64,000 bases of DNA from Alphaproteobacteria bacterium (GCA_965225945.1 CBDDBZ010000033.1:96001-160000), one strand, 5' to 3'. Positions 40,102 to 50,488 are shown, counted from the first letter of the stretch. Notes: generated by a model from the sequence alone, not told the origin. Numbers and translations are program-made.

Positions 40102-40596
40102 ATGACGGCGCGGGAGCGGCGATACGCGTGGATCGAGACGGCGGGCGCGGCCGAGATCGCGGCCGAACTCTCGGGCCTCGAATTCCTCCAGGCCTACCGG
40201 GACGGGCGGGTGCCCGCCTGCTCGATGCAAGCCACGCTCGACTACGAACTGGTGGAGGTCGCGGACGGGCTGGTGATTTTCCGCGGTCGGGCCCGGGATT
40301 TCATGCTCAATCCCTCGGGCACCGTGCACGGTGGCTTCGCCGCCTCGATGCTGGATTCGGCGATGGGCTGCGCCGTGCATTCGACCCTGCCGGCGGGCCG
40401 CAGTTACACCACGCTCGAATTCAAGATCAACCTGGTCCGCCCGCTCAGCGCCGAAGGGGCGGAACTCAGGGCCGAGGGCCGCGTCCTCTACCGGGGACGG
40501 CGCATCGCCACCGCCGAGGGGCGCCTTCTCGACGACGAGGATCGCCTTTACGCCCACGGCACCACGACCTGCCTGGTGTTCGATCTCGAGGGGTGA
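40102..40596 (+). CDS. PaaI-family thioesterase
   Basis: NPSGTVHGG...LDSAMGCA, YTTLEFKIN and AHGTTTC motifs. Confidence 0.88.
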   Translation: MTARERRYAWIETAGAAEIAAELSGLEFLQAYRDGRVPACSMQATLDYELVEVADGLVIFRGRARDFMLNPSGTVHGGFAASMLDSAMGCAVHSTLPAGRSYTTLEFKINLVRPLSAEGAELRAEGRVLYRGRRIATAEGRLLDDEDRLYAHGTTTCLVFDLEG

Positions 40597-40880
40597 AACC
40601 GACGCCAAGAGGCGTTCACTTGACGAGCGCGCGCGGTCCGAACGAGGCGTCGATGTTTTCCTCCAGGATCGGGGAGCTCCGGAAGCGGGCGCCATCGCCG
40701 GGTGGACCAGCATCCTCTCCGGGACTGGTGCGACGGTATTTGGCGAGCGCGCCCTCGGCCATCTAAAATCACCTCGCGGTTGGTCGAATTCCGCTCCGGT
40801 CCGTTGAGGCACTCGACCATATCTGTTCCAATCAACGCGCTCGACCGGCACGGTCCGGGATCACAACGGGAAAACGCGAG

Positions 40881-41360
40881 ATGGGACGGAAGCTCGGCAT
40901 CGGCGACGCTTTTCCCGAAATGGCCCTGAACTTGGTCGACGGTAGCACCCTGTCGCTGCCCACTGGCTTGCGGGGCACCTACAACATCGTCCTGTTCTAT
41001 CGCGGCCATTGGTGACCGTACTGCCGCCGGCAGTTGGTCGGTTTTTCCCGTCTGCTCGACGATCTGGTGGCCCTCGACACCACCATCGTCGCCGCCAGCG
41101 TCGACGATACCGACCATGCCCGCGAGGTCGCGGAAAACCTGGGCTTTCCCATCGGCCATGGCGTCTCCCGGGCCGACGCCGAGATCCTCGACGCCTGGTG
41201 GGAGGATCGGCGCGCTATCATCCAGCCTTCGGAGTTCCTGCTGGGCGACGATCACCGCGTGCTCTGTTCCAGCTACAGCGACGGGCCGCTCGGCCGGATG
41301 GAGGCGGCCGACACGGTGCGCACGATCGAATTATTGGAGGCCCGCAAGAAGAACGCCTGA
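40881..41360 (+). CDS. AhpC/TSA (peroxiredoxin-like, thioredoxin fold) probable selenoprotein, 159 aa, UGA at codon 45
   Basis: MGRKLGIGDAFP...LFYRGHW-U-PYC-RRQL. The TGA at 41013-41015 occupies the first Cys position of the CxxC and is in frame with ORF 41034-41360. Confidence 0.8.
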
Positions 41361-42248
41361 TCAGCGGCCCTGGCGCGCCAGCCGGGCCTCGCGGTGGGTG
41401 ATGTAGGCGGTCGAGGCGAAGATCACCCCACCGCCGAACCAGGTCCACAGCGTCGGCACCTCGGCGAACACGACGAAGGCGAAGATCGCGACCAGGGGAA
41501 GGCGGACGAATTCCAACGGCTGGATCTGGGTCACTTCCGCGCGCGCGAAGGCCCGGGTGAAGCAGAGATGCCCGAGCGTGCCGGCCGCCGCCAGCAGGAC
41601 CAGCCAAAGCCAGGCCTCGCCGCTCGGCCATTGCCAGACGAAGAGCGCCGGTATCAAGGCCAACGGCGAATGCAGCAGCGCCATGTAGGTGACGATCGCC
41701 GCCGGCTGCTCGGTGCGGGTCAGCGGCTTGAGGATCAACGTCGTCAGCGCGATCGAAAACGCGCCGACGACCGCCAGCATCGCGCCCGGCGAGATCGAAT
41801 CGGCCCCGGGATGCAACACCACCAAGACGCCCACGAAGCCGACGACCAGCGCCGTGATCCGCCGCGCCCGCACGACTTCCCCCAGCACCAGCACCGCGCC
41901 GAGGGTCGCGAACAACGGCGCGGTGAAGCTCAGTGCCGTCACCTCGGCCAGGGGAATGAGGGTGATCGCGGTGAAGCTTGCAGCCATGCCGAGGATGTTG
42001 ATGGCCGCGCGCAAGCCGTAGAGGCCGATGCGTTTCGTCTTCAGGGCCCCGAGGCCGCTTCGCGCCAGCCACGGCAACATCATCAACAGCGCCAGAAAAT
42101 TGCGAAAAAAGACGACCACGAGGGGATCCAGCTCGGCCGTCGAAAGTCGGATGAAGCCGCTCATCGCGGCGAAGCAGGCCATCGCCGCCAGCATGTAGAA
42201 CGTCGCCGCGAGCGGCGCGCGGCGACTTTCGGGTCGGATCACGGGCAC
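41361..42248 (-). CDS. EamA/DMT family transporter
   Basis: FFRN, FTAPLF, LGEVV...GFVGVLVVLHPG motifs and about 10 hydrophobic segments. Confidence 0.88.
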   Translation of the reverse strand: MPVIRPESRRAPLAATFYMLAAMACFAAMSGFIRLSTAELDPLVVVFFRNFLALLMMLPWLARSGLGALKTKRIGLYGLRAAINILGMAASFTAITLIPLAEVTALSFTAPLFATLGAVLVLGEVVRARRITALVVGFVGVLVVLHPGADSISPGAMLAVVGAFSIALTTLILKPLTRTEQPAAIVTYMALLHSPLALIPALFVWQWPSGEAWLWLVLLAAAGTLGHLCFTRAFARAEVTQIQPLEFVRLPLVAIFAFVVFAEVPTLWTWFGGGVIFASTAYITHREARLARQGR

Positions 42249-42257
42249 GCCCGGAGC

Positions 42258-42544
42258 CTAGTGGATGAAATCCAACATATGGTACCCCTACGACGGTTTC
42301 CCGAGTTCGTCCGGAAAGGCGCCCGGTGCGCCGTGATGCGGGCGCATCACAAGCGCCGGGCAACGCGTCCGGCGGGCTCGGGAAGCCGCCCTTCGGGTCC
42401 CATATCCTGGCTTCTCCCAAATCCTGGCTTCTCGCTGCGTCGGGCACCCTTGACGATGTGCCGGCATCGCCGGCGGGCGCCCTCCTGGCGAGAAACCAGG
42501 ATATGGGATCGTAGGGGTACCGTATGTTGGATTTCATCCACTAG
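42258..42544. mobile_element. MITE (287 bp) with 36-bp terminal inverted repeats bounded by CTAG
   Basis: CTAGTGGATGAAATCCAACATA(T/C)GGTACCCCTACGA at both ends (35/36 identical). No transposase inside. Confidence 0.88.
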
Positions 42545-42558
42545 CCCGGGCGCCCCTC

Positions 42559-43332
42559 TCAGGGCCGTCCCGCCGAAACGCCGCCGTCCACCATATAGAC
42601 GCCACCGGTGCAGAAGGAGCTATCGTCGCTGGCGAGGAAGAGCATCAGGCGGGCCACCTCCTCCGGCTCGCCGTAACGCTTCAGCGGCGTTCCCGCCGCC
42701 ATCGGCCGGTTCGAGGGATCGCCGACGGCGAAACCCATCTTCTCCTCGATCGAGGTGATCATCCGGGTATCGATGGGCGAGGGATTGACCGTGTTGACGC
42801 GGATATCGGATGGCGCGCCTTCCATCGCCGCCGCCCGCATCATGCCGATCACCGCGTGCTTCGAGGTGGTGTAGGCCGAAAGCCCGCGCACCGCGCGAAT
42901 CCCGGCCGTGGACGAGGTGATGACGATGCTGCCGCCGCCCTGTGCCTCCATCAGCGGGAAGACCCGCTTCAAGCCCAGCCAGACGCCCTTGACGTTGACC
43001 GCCATGACCTTGTCGTAGAGCGCGTCCGGATAGTCCACCAGCGCCACCACGTCGCCCTCGATGCCGGCGTTCAGGAGGGCTATGTCGAGGCCCCCGAAGC
43101 GATCCACGGTAGCCTGCACGTAGCCGTCCGACTGGGCCGGATCGGTGACGTCTGCGGCGTGATAGGCGACGTCCTCGCCCCCAATCCCCGTCGCGGCCTC
43201 GGCCAGCGCGTCGGCGTTCAGGTCGACCAGCATGACCCGGGCGCCCTCGCCCGCGAAGATCCGCCCCGCCGCCCGGCCGATGCCGCCCGCGCCCCCGGTG
43301 ATGATCGCGACCTTGCCGTCGAGCTTGCCCAT
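42559..43332 (-). CDS. Short-chain dehydrogenase/reductase
   Basis: TGGAGGIG, LNAGI and YTTSKHA motifs. Confidence 0.92.
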   Translation of the reverse strand: MGKLDGKVAIITGGAGGIGRAAGRIFAGEGARVMLVDLNADALAEAATGIGGEDVAYHAADVTDPAQSDGYVQATVDRFGGLDIALLNAGIEGDVVALVDYPDALYDKVMAVNVKGVWLGLKRVFPLMEAQGGGSIVITSSTAGIRAVRGLSAYTTSKHAVIGMMRAAAMEGAPSDIRVNTVNPSPIDTRMITSIEEKMGFAVGDPSNRPMAAGTPLKRYGEPEEVARLMLFLASDDSSFCTGGVYMVDGGVSAGRP

Positions 43333-43378
43333 GGACTCCCCCGCCCTCCCCTCGTCTGGTGAAAATTCGTGCCCGCGT

Positions 43379-44578
43379 TCAGAGCACGGCGGTATCGGCC
43401 GGATGGCCCAGCATGTAGGCGCCGACGGTCTGAAAGTGGGTCTGGCGGCCCTGAAGCTGCTGCGTCACCGTGTGGAGATCGCGGAAGCGCCGCTCGAACG
43501 GGCTGGAGGCGAAGATCGCGGTGGCGCCGGCGAGATCGTAAACCTTGTCGGCGACGTCCTTGGCCTCGTGGATCGCATGGGTCGTGGCGAGCCGAATACG
43601 GACACGGTTTTCGATACTCAGTTCGCCGCGGCCGACCACGTCCTCCCAAATCTCGCCGAGCTCGGCCAAAACAAACGTCCGAGCCGCCTTCAGGCGCACT
43701 TCGCCGCGCGCCACCTCGCCCTGCACCACCGCGTTGTCGCGCAGCACGTCGCGCGCCATGCGGGGCGTCTTCTCCATCGCCAGCGCCTTGAAGGCGTCGA
43801 ACATGGCGCGCGAGAGCCCGAGCGCGGTGGCGGAAAAGCCCGAAGCGTAGAGCGACATCTGCCGATACTGATAGAGCGGGGCCTGATAGCGCCGTTCCGC
43901 CGCATCGTCGCGCGAGATGGTGTATTCGCAGCGAACGTAAAGATCCTCTGCCTCGAAGGCATCGCTGCCGGTGCCGCGCAGGCCGATGGTGTCCCAGATC
44001 CGCTCGAGCGGCAGCTCGGCTGCCGGCACCAGCGCGGTACGCATGATCACCTTGCCGCTCTCGTGGTGGCGCGGCTCGTCGTTCTCGTCGACCAGGACGC
44101 AGGCGGAGCCCAACCAGGTCGCGTGATGGGCGCCGCTGGCGAAGGACCAGCGGCCGGTGATGCGGAAGCCCTCGCCGTCGAGGCGGGCGGTGGCGGGCCC
44201 CGGTCCCCAGGCCACCACGCCGCGAGGATCGTCGCCCCAAATCTCGTTCGCCACCTCGGGCTCCAGATAGGCCGCCGCCATGGCGCAGCCGTTCGCCTGG
44301 CAGAGGCACCACGCGGTGCTGCCGTCGAGCTTGGCCACTGCCTCGATCACGCCGAAAAATTCGGGCGGGCTCAGCTCGGCCCCGCCGTAGGCGCGCGGCA
44401 GCAGCAGGCGGAACAGCCGCGCCTCGTGCAGCCCGTCGAGGAGCGCCTCGGGAAGTTCGCAGCGGCGATCCCCTTCCGCCGCCGAGTCCAGAATCAGCGG
44501 CGCCAACCCCTCGACGCGGGCGAGAAAGTCCTCGCCGGTCTCGCTGCCGGCCGAAACCTCGCTGTGCGCGATGACCAT
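43379..44578 (-). CDS. Acyl-CoA dehydrogenase-fold flavin-dependent monooxygenase (HsaA-like)
   Basis: GRWSFASG, WDTIGLRGTGS and ERRFRDLH motifs. Confidence 0.85.
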   Translation of the reverse strand: MVIAHSEVSAGSETGEDFLARVEGLAPLILDSAAEGDRRCELPEALLDGLHEARLFRLLLPRAYGGAELSPPEFFGVIEAVAKLDGSTAWCLCQANGCAMAAAYLEPEVANEIWGDDPRGVVAWGPGPATARLDGEGFRITGRWSFASGAHHATWLGSACVLVDENDEPRHHESGKVIMRTALVPAAELPLERIWDTIGLRGTGSDAFEAEDLYVRCEYTISRDDAAERRYQAPLYQYRQMSLYASGFSATALGLSRAMFDAFKALAMEKTPRMARDVLRDNAVVQGEVARGEVRLKAARTFVLAELGEIWEDVVGRGELSIENRVRIRLATTHAIHEAKDVADKVYDLAGATAIFASSPFERRFRDLHTVTQQLQGRQTHFQTVGAYMLGHPADTAVL

Positions 44579-44835
44579 GGCCCCTCCCTCGGTTCGATTG
44601 GTGGGGGCTAGATTAGCGATTGGCGCGGTCCGGGGAAAGGCACGCCATGGGGGGGATCTTCGAATGGCATCCGGCCCTTGGCGGGCGGCGTTTCGCTCCA
44701 TGGCTTCGCTGCCCCGCTCGCCTGTTCGCTCGGGCCGGTGTTTGCTGCTATCGTCGCGGGCGAAGCCAGCATATCTCGGGATCGTCGGGCCAGGTGCGAG
44801 CCGCCGGCCCCCCGAGGCACCCGGGAGATCGTCGC

Positions 44836-45915
44836 ATGCAACTCGGCCTCTTTACCATGCCGCTCCACCCGCCGGGCGCCAATTTGACGGAGACCCTCAA
44901 ATCGGACATGGCGCAGATCGTCGCGCTCGACGAGCTCGGCTACGACGAAGCCTGGATCGGCGAGCACTTCACCGCGGAGTGGGAGAACATCCCCTCGCCG
45001 GAGCTGTTCATCGCCCAGGCGATCGCGCTGACCAAGCGGATCAGGCTGGGCACCGGCGTCAGCTGCATGCCCAATCACAACCCCTTCACGCTGGCCCACC
45101 GGATCGCGCAGCTCGACCACATGGCCGAAGGCCGGTTCAACTGGGGCATCGGCACCGGCAGCTTTCCCGGCGACATGCGGGTCTTCGGCTATTGGGGCGA
45201 GGATGCGGCGGTGGACAACGTCGCCTACACCTGGGCTTCGCTGGACACGATCCTCGCGCTCTGGACCGACCCGAGGCCGGGCGTCTACGAGAGCAAATGG
45301 TGGCGCTTCACCATACCCGAGATCGAGGACGACATTGGGCTCCGCGCGCACATCCGACCCTACCAACGGCCGCACCCGCCGATCGGCCTAGCCGGCGTGA
45401 CGCCGTACTCCTCGACGCTCAAAATGGCCGGGGCCCGGGGGTGGATCCCGATGTCGATCAACCTGGTCCCGCCGGGGCTGCTGAAAACCCACTGGGAGGC
45501 GATCGAGGCGGGCGCCCGCGAGGCCGACCGGACGCCCGAGCGCGGCGCGTGGCGGGTGGCGCGCGAGATCTTCGTGGCCGAGACCAGCGCTGAGGCACGA
45601 AAACAGGCGACGAGCGGCGTCATGGCCCGCGATTTCGAGCAGTATTTTCTCCGCCTGCTGCCCAAGGTGGGCATGCTCGGGCTGATGAAGAACGATCCCG
45701 ACATGGCCGACTCGGACGTGACCATCGATTATCTGGTCGACAACGTGTTCATCGTCGGCTCCGTCGACGAGGTCGCCCAGAAGCTGAACGACCTGGTGGG
45801 CGAGATCGGCGCCTTCGGCACCCTGCTGGCGATGGGCCACGAATGGGAGCCCTATGAGGCCTGGCACCAGTCGATGTCACTGCTGCAGAACGAGGTGCTG
45901 CCCAAGCTCGGCTGA
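44836..45915 (+). CDS. Luciferase-like (LLM) flavin-dependent monooxygenase
   Basis: MPLHPP, AWIGEHF, IRLGTGV, LDHMAEGR and PYQRPHPP motifs. Confidence 0.88.
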   Translation: MQLGLFTMPLHPPGANLTETLKSDMAQIVALDELGYDEAWIGEHFTAEWENIPSPELFIAQAIALTKRIRLGTGVSCMPNHNPFTLAHRIAQLDHMAEGRFNWGIGTGSFPGDMRVFGYWGEDAAVDNVAYTWASLDTILALWTDPRPGVYESKWWRFTIPEIEDDIGLRAHIRPYQRPHPPIGLAGVTPYSSTLKMAGARGWIPMSINLVPPGLLKTHWEAIEAGAREADRTPERGAWRVAREIFVAETSAEARKQATSGVMARDFEQYFLRLLPKVGMLGLMKNDPDMADSDVTIDYLVDNVFIVGSVDEVAQKLNDLVGEIGAFGTLLAMGHEWEPYEAWHQSMSLLQNEVLPKLG

Positions 45916-46085
45916 GGCAGCGCTCGGCCCGATCCCCCCTCGAAGGCGCGCGAGCCGCCGCCGCGCCAGAACCCACGCCGAGGTCGACGACACCAAAGCG
46001 AGCCCCGAGTCTCGGCTTGCGGCGCCTGCGTGCGTGGGGGGCTTGCGGCGCCTGCGTGCGTGGGGGCGGAAACATTACGTTTTGT

Positions 46086-46127
46086 ATTGACATATACCAA
46101 TTGACATATACCAAATGTATCGATACA
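46086..46127. promoter_or_regulatory. AT-rich element with 14-bp tandem repeat containing TTGACA, plus a palindrome
   Basis: ATTGACATATACCA twice (46086-46113), followed by TGTATCGATACA. Confidence 0.45.
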
Positions 46128-46390
46128 GTCCGTACCACGCCCCGCGCGAGGCCGAGGTCGGCCCGCCCGCTCCCCCTCCTTCCCGGCGGGCGGGCCCGGC
46201 CAAGGGAGAGGGAGAGCATGGCGGGAGAGGCGAAGCGTCGGCACCGCGACATGATCCTGGCGGCGGCGAAGCGATCGGCGGTCCCGATTCCTTGCCGTTT
46301 GGCCACGAGGACGACACGATTCGTGACGCCGGCCGGGCGAGGTTCGAGGCCCGTCCGCGCCGGCCCCTCGACGGCCGGGACCCGGGCGCC

Positions 46391-46732
46391 ATGACCGGCC
46401 TCGTCGAGACCCTCGCGGCCCTCCGCTATGATCCGCTGACCATCGCCCTCGTCGCCCATAACCGCGCCGCCGAGGCGGTCTTCGACCACTGGGGCTACCG
46501 AACCACGCGCGCGCTCGACGCGGTTTGCGCGCGGGGCTATTTCGACGGGCTCCACGGCCTCAAGGTCGGTGACGGCATCCGCGTCACCCGCATTTCGCCC
46601 GACGGCAGGCGGCTCTTGGATGCAGCCGACCTGGTCGTCGCCGAGGTCGAGCCGAACGTCAAGGTCATGGCCCTCAGTGGGGCGAGGCTGGACGATTTCG
46701 ACCCGCGCTTCCGCCTCGGCGGCACGGACTGA
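46391..46732 (+). CDS. Small hypothetical protein, possibly phage-related
   Basis: WGYRT...GYF...LKVGDGIRV pattern recalls a small uncharacterised alphaproteobacterial/phage family (from memory). Confidence 0.5.
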   Translation: MTGLVETLAALRYDPLTIALVAHNRAAEAVFDHWGYRTTRALDAVCARGYFDGLHGLKVGDGIRVTRISPDGRRLLDAADLVVAEVEPNVKVMALSGARLDDFDPRFRLGGTD

Positions 46733-46968
46733 GGCGGCGAAAGGGGCGCACGCGATCGCCGGGATGCGACGGCCGGCCCGTCGCGCGCTCGGTTGGACGC
46801 GGCGCGGGCCAGGCGATAGGATGCCTCGAATAATCGAGGCTCCCCTCCGATTCGGGCCGACGCCGTGGCGATCTTGCTAGGTCCATCTGCTTCCTGCGTC
46901 GCGAGCCGGCACCGCTCGGGCATCGCTCGCGGCGCCTATGAGCGGGTCCGGAACAAGGCGTCTGGCGG

Positions 46969-47958
46969 GTGACCACGCTGGTCACCGGGGCGACCGGCTT
47001 CGTCGGCTCGGCCGTCGTCAGGGCCTTGCTGGGGCGCGAGCGGTCGGTCCGCGTCCTGGTCCGCCCGTCGAGCGAGCGCGCCAACATCGCCGGCTTGCCG
47101 GTCGAGGTCGTCGAAGGCGACCTACGCGAGCCGGCCTCGCTGGCTCGAGCCCTCGCCGGGGCCCGGGCGCTCTATCATGTCGCCGCCGACTATCGCCTCT
47201 GGGCGCGCCATCCCGAGGAGATCTATCGCTCCAACGTCGAGGGCACGCGCGATCTGATCCGTGCCGCGCTCGACGCAGGCGTCGAGCGGATCGTCTACAC
47301 CTCGAGCGTCGCCACCCTCGGCCTCCGTCCCGACGGCGAGCCGGCCGACGAGGCGACGCCGGTCACGCTCGAGGAGATCACCGGCCACTACAAGCGTTCC
47401 AAGTTCCTCGCCGAGGCCGAGGTCCGACGGCTCGTCGCCGAGGAGGGGGCGCCGGTCGTGATCGTCAACCCCTCGGCCCCCGTCGGCCCCCGCGACATCA
47501 AGCCGACGCCGACCGGCCGGCTGGTGCTGGAGGCCGCCGGCGGCAAGATGCCGGCCTATGTCGAGACCGGCCTCAACCTGGTGCACGTCGACGACGTCGC
47601 CGAGGGTCATCTCCTCGCCTTCGAGAGCGGCACCATCGGCGAGCGCTACATCCTCGGCGGCGAGAATCTGGCGCTGATCGAGATCCTGCGCCGCATTGCC
47701 TCGTTGGTCGGCCGCCGGCCGCCCAGGCTCCGCTTGCCCCACGCTCTGGTCATTCCCATCGCCCATGTCGCCGAGGCGATCGCGCGGCTCGGCGGGGGAG
47801 AGCCGTTCGTCGCCGTCGACGGGGTCAGGCTGGCCAGGAAGCGCATGTATTTCACCGCCGCCAAGGCGGAGCGCACGCTCGGCTACCGCTCCCGGCCGGT
47901 CGACGAGGCGCTGGCCGACGCCGTCGCCTGGTACCGCGAAACCGGCGCGCTGTCCTGA
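46969..47958 (+). CDS. hpnA: Hopanoid-associated sugar epimerase HpnA-like
   Basis: TGATGFVG, HVAADYRLW, YKRSK, GPRDIKPTPTG and GERYILGG motifs. Confidence 0.82.
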   Translation: MTTLVTGATGFVGSAVVRALLGRERSVRVLVRPSSERANIAGLPVEVVEGDLREPASLARALAGARALYHVAADYRLWARHPEEIYRSNVEGTRDLIRAALDAGVERIVYTSSVATLGLRPDGEPADEATPVTLEEITGHYKRSKFLAEAEVRRLVAEEGAPVVIVNPSAPVGPRDIKPTPTGRLVLEAAGGKMPAYVETGLNLVHVDDVAEGHLLAFESGTIGERYILGGENLALIEILRRIASLVGRRPPRLRLPHALVIPIAHVAEAIARLGGGEPFVAVDGVRLARKRMYFTAAKAERTLGYRSRPVDEALADAVAWYRETGALS

Positions 47959-48061
47959 GAGGCTGACCGCGACACCACCGGGGCAGCACCCCGACCGCCA
48001 CCGCGCCGGACCCGCCGCGAGGGTTCCCTTCCTAGCTGGCCCGTAGCGCCCAAAACGTCAT

Positions 48062-48229
48062 CGTGAAGGAAGCGAGGGGCCGAACGTTTTTGCCGCTTAG
48101 GTTCAGAACGCGTGGCCCGTCGCCTCGACCGAGCGCAGCAGGCGGCGTGAAGGAAGCGAGGGGCCGAACGTTTTTGCCGCTTAGGTTCAGAACGCGTGGC
48201 CCGTCGCCTCGACCGAGCGCAGCAGGCGG
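48062..48229. repeat. 84-bp perfect tandem duplication overlapping the 3' end of the adjacent gene
   Basis: 48062-48145 is repeated at 48146-48229. Confidence 0.92.
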
Positions 48230-49689
48230 CGCAGCGCGATCAGGCGGTCGCGGCCGTCGGCGTCGGCAGCGGCGCGGGTCGAGAGCGCCTCCATGAAGCC
48301 GGGCGCGCGCACCACGCCCAACGCCTTCGCCCGAACTTGCCCCAAGGCCCGGCCCTGGGTGACGCCGGCCTCGGCACAGAAGCTCAACAGCCGCACCGCG
48401 CGTTCGGTCGGATCGTCCGCGCCCTTCGCCAAACGCTCCAGCAGGCGCGAGCCGGTCAGCACCTCGTACCAAAAATCATCGAGCGCCGCCCTCAGCGTTT
48501 CGCGCCGTACCTCGGCCAAGCCGGAGGCGGCGACGCGGCGCTCCAGTTCGGCGAGCCGGCGCATTCGCTGGCGCGCGTCGTTCGCCGGCACCTCGGTGAA
48601 ATCCGCCCGATTGGCGCGCGAAGCGACGATAGCCTGGATGTAATCGCCAAGGAGCTCCTTGCTCGGCCCCTCGATGATGCCGTCCTCGATCTCGAGCAGG
48701 CGCTCGAACTGGGCGAGCGCCCCCTGGGCATCCTTCAACAGGCCGCCGATCGCCTCGGGATGGAGCTGGCGGCGGGCGCGGGCGCGAAACGCCTCGGTCA
48801 TGGCGAGGCCGCCCCGGAGCCTGCCCTCCGCGTCGCGAAGCCCCTCGATCAGGCTCGCCTGGGCCCGCGCCTCGTTCATCAGGTCGCCCTCGGCGAGCGG
48901 TCGATGGCCCCAGAGCGTCTGGGCGATCCGGCGCAGCACCGTATCCCGACACCGCGGCATCCAGCCGGCGCCGATCCAGCGACAGAGGCGGTCACGGCCC
49001 CTAGGCACGTCGGGCCGTCCCCCGGTCTCTCCCTCGACGAGCGCAACCAGACAGCGCAGCGCGGCCATCAGATCCGGCTGCTCCCCCAGCAGGTCGGTGA
49101 GCGCGCCGGCATCGTCCAGGAAATCGGCGATCAATTGGTCCAGCAGGGGGACCGCCCCGTCCGGGGCATTATCGAGCAATCCCAATAGCACGCGCAGTCT
49201 GTCGGAGAGCGAGTCCTCGCCGGCGACGTGCTGCGACAGCGCCGCGTTGAAGCAATATGTGGGGTCCGGATCCTCTCCCACCCGGCGGGCGAGCGCGGCC
49301 AGGTCGTCGTTCTGCAACACCGGCATGCGGCCCGAGCGGGCGTCGCTCCGGACCTGTTTCAGGATTTCGTCGAACAGCGCATAGAGCACCCGCATGCGCT
49401 GCTGCACGTCACCCTTGGTTCCCTTGACCTGAGCCCGGGCCGCCCACTGCACCGCGCCCTGCAGCAGACTTCCTGCGTTCTCCAGACGGGCGAGATGCTC
49501 CGGCAGGTGCAGCAGCTCGGTCGGCGTGATCTTGTATTGCGCCAGCCAGTCGGCGAGGAGACGGCGGATGGTCTGTCGCGACCTCAGGCCATAGATCGCC
49601 TTCGGTCCCTCGCAGACCGGCACCGGGTCGTCGCCGGGCGTGTCGCGAACTTGCGCGCCAGCCAGATCGAAACCTCTCGGGCTCGCCAA
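48187..49689 (-). CDS. Hypothetical protein (predicted mostly helical)
   Basis: 500-aa ORF with GC3-rich codon usage. No motif recognised, start uncertain. Confidence 0.7.
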   Translation of the reverse strand: MASPRGFDLAGAQVRDTPGDDPVPVCEGPKAIYGLRSRQTIRRLLADWLAQYKITPTELLHLPEHLARLENAGSLLQGAVQWAARAQVKGTKGDVQQRMRVLYALFDEILKQVRSDARSGRMPVLQNDDLAALARRVGEDPDPTYCFNAALSQHVAGEDSLSDRLRVLLGLLDNAPDGAVPLLDQLIADFLDDAGALTDLLGEQPDLMAALRCLVALVEGETGGRPDVPRGRDRLCRWIGAGWMPRCRDTVLRRIAQTLWGHRPLAEGDLMNEARAQASLIEGLRDAEGRLRGGLAMTEAFRARARRQLHPEAIGGLLKDAQGALAQFERLLEIEDGIIEGPSKELLGDYIQAIVASRANRADFTEVPANDARQRMRRLAELERRVAASGLAEVRRETLRAALDDFWYEVLTGSRLLERLAKGADDPTERAVRLLSFCAEAGVTQGRALGQVRAKALGVVRAPGFMEALSTRAAADADGRDRLIALRRLLRSVEATGHAF

Positions 49690-49816
49690 CCCTGGCTCCC
49701 TTCATCTCCAGGGGCCACTCGCCTCGCGCGCGACCCTCGAGACAATATTTTCAAACAGTCGCCTTAATAATTTGAAAACATGGGGCAAATCGAGGCCATC
49801 GGCGCGGGCGGATGCT

Positions 49817-50488
49817 CTAACCCTCGGCGTCGGGGAGATGACGGCGCTTGACGAGGCGTAGGGTCAGCTCCTCCGCGCGGGCCGGCGTCATCCGCGCCAA
49901 GATCGCCGCCATCTTGACCTCGCGCATGCGCCCCGTCACCTCCAACAGCACCTCGATGTCGAGGCGGTTGAGGATCCGCGCCGCGTCCTTCGGCTTCATG
50001 GACTCGTAGACCTTGACCAGGCTCTTGAGCTGCTCCTCGCGGTGTTCTTCCTGGCCCTCCACGAACTCGGCGATGCGCACCTCGATCTTCTTCAGTTGGG
50101 CGATCTTCTCGTCGATCCGGTTTTCGGTCGCCTTCAGCACGCCCTCGCGGACGTCCATGTCGCGGCGCAGCGCGTCGAGCCGCTGGCGCCGCTCGGCCAA
50201 GGCCTGGAGCACGACGACCTCGCTCGCGGTGAGCGTGGCCGGGTCGATGGCCGCCGCCTTGGCCGTTTCGCCGTCACCGCGGCTCGAAGCCGTGCGGTCT
50301 TCCTTCTCGGTCTCGGTCTTGCTCTCCGTCTTTGCCTTGGCGGGCGCCTTCTTGGCCAGCGCCTCCTGGGCGACGGCGCCCGTCGGTCCCAGCGCCTGGA
50401 ATCCCTCCCAGACGTCCTCCAGCTTGAAGACGCAGACCAGGCCGGCGGTCAGGATCAGCACCGGCAGCAGGCGTAATCGGCTCGACAT
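49817..50488 (-). CDS. motE: MotE-family flagellar motility protein
   Basis: LVKVYESMKPKDAARI...AAILARM motif. Downstream of fliM. Confidence 0.8.
   Translation of the reverse strand: MSSRLRLLPVLILTAGLVCVFKLEDVWEGFQALGPTGAVAQEALAKKAPAKAKTESKTETEKEDRTASSRGDGETAKAAAIDPATLTASEVVVLQALAERRQRLDALRRDMDVREGVLKATENRIDEKIAQLKKIEVRIAEFVEGQEEHREEQLKSLVKVYESMKPKDAARILNRLDIEVLLEVTGRMREVKMAAILARMTPARAEELTLRLVKRRHLPDAEG

Noticed and set aside
45916-46960. Intact prophage
   Set aside because: No integrase, terminase, capsid or tail genes. At most one phage-like small ORF.
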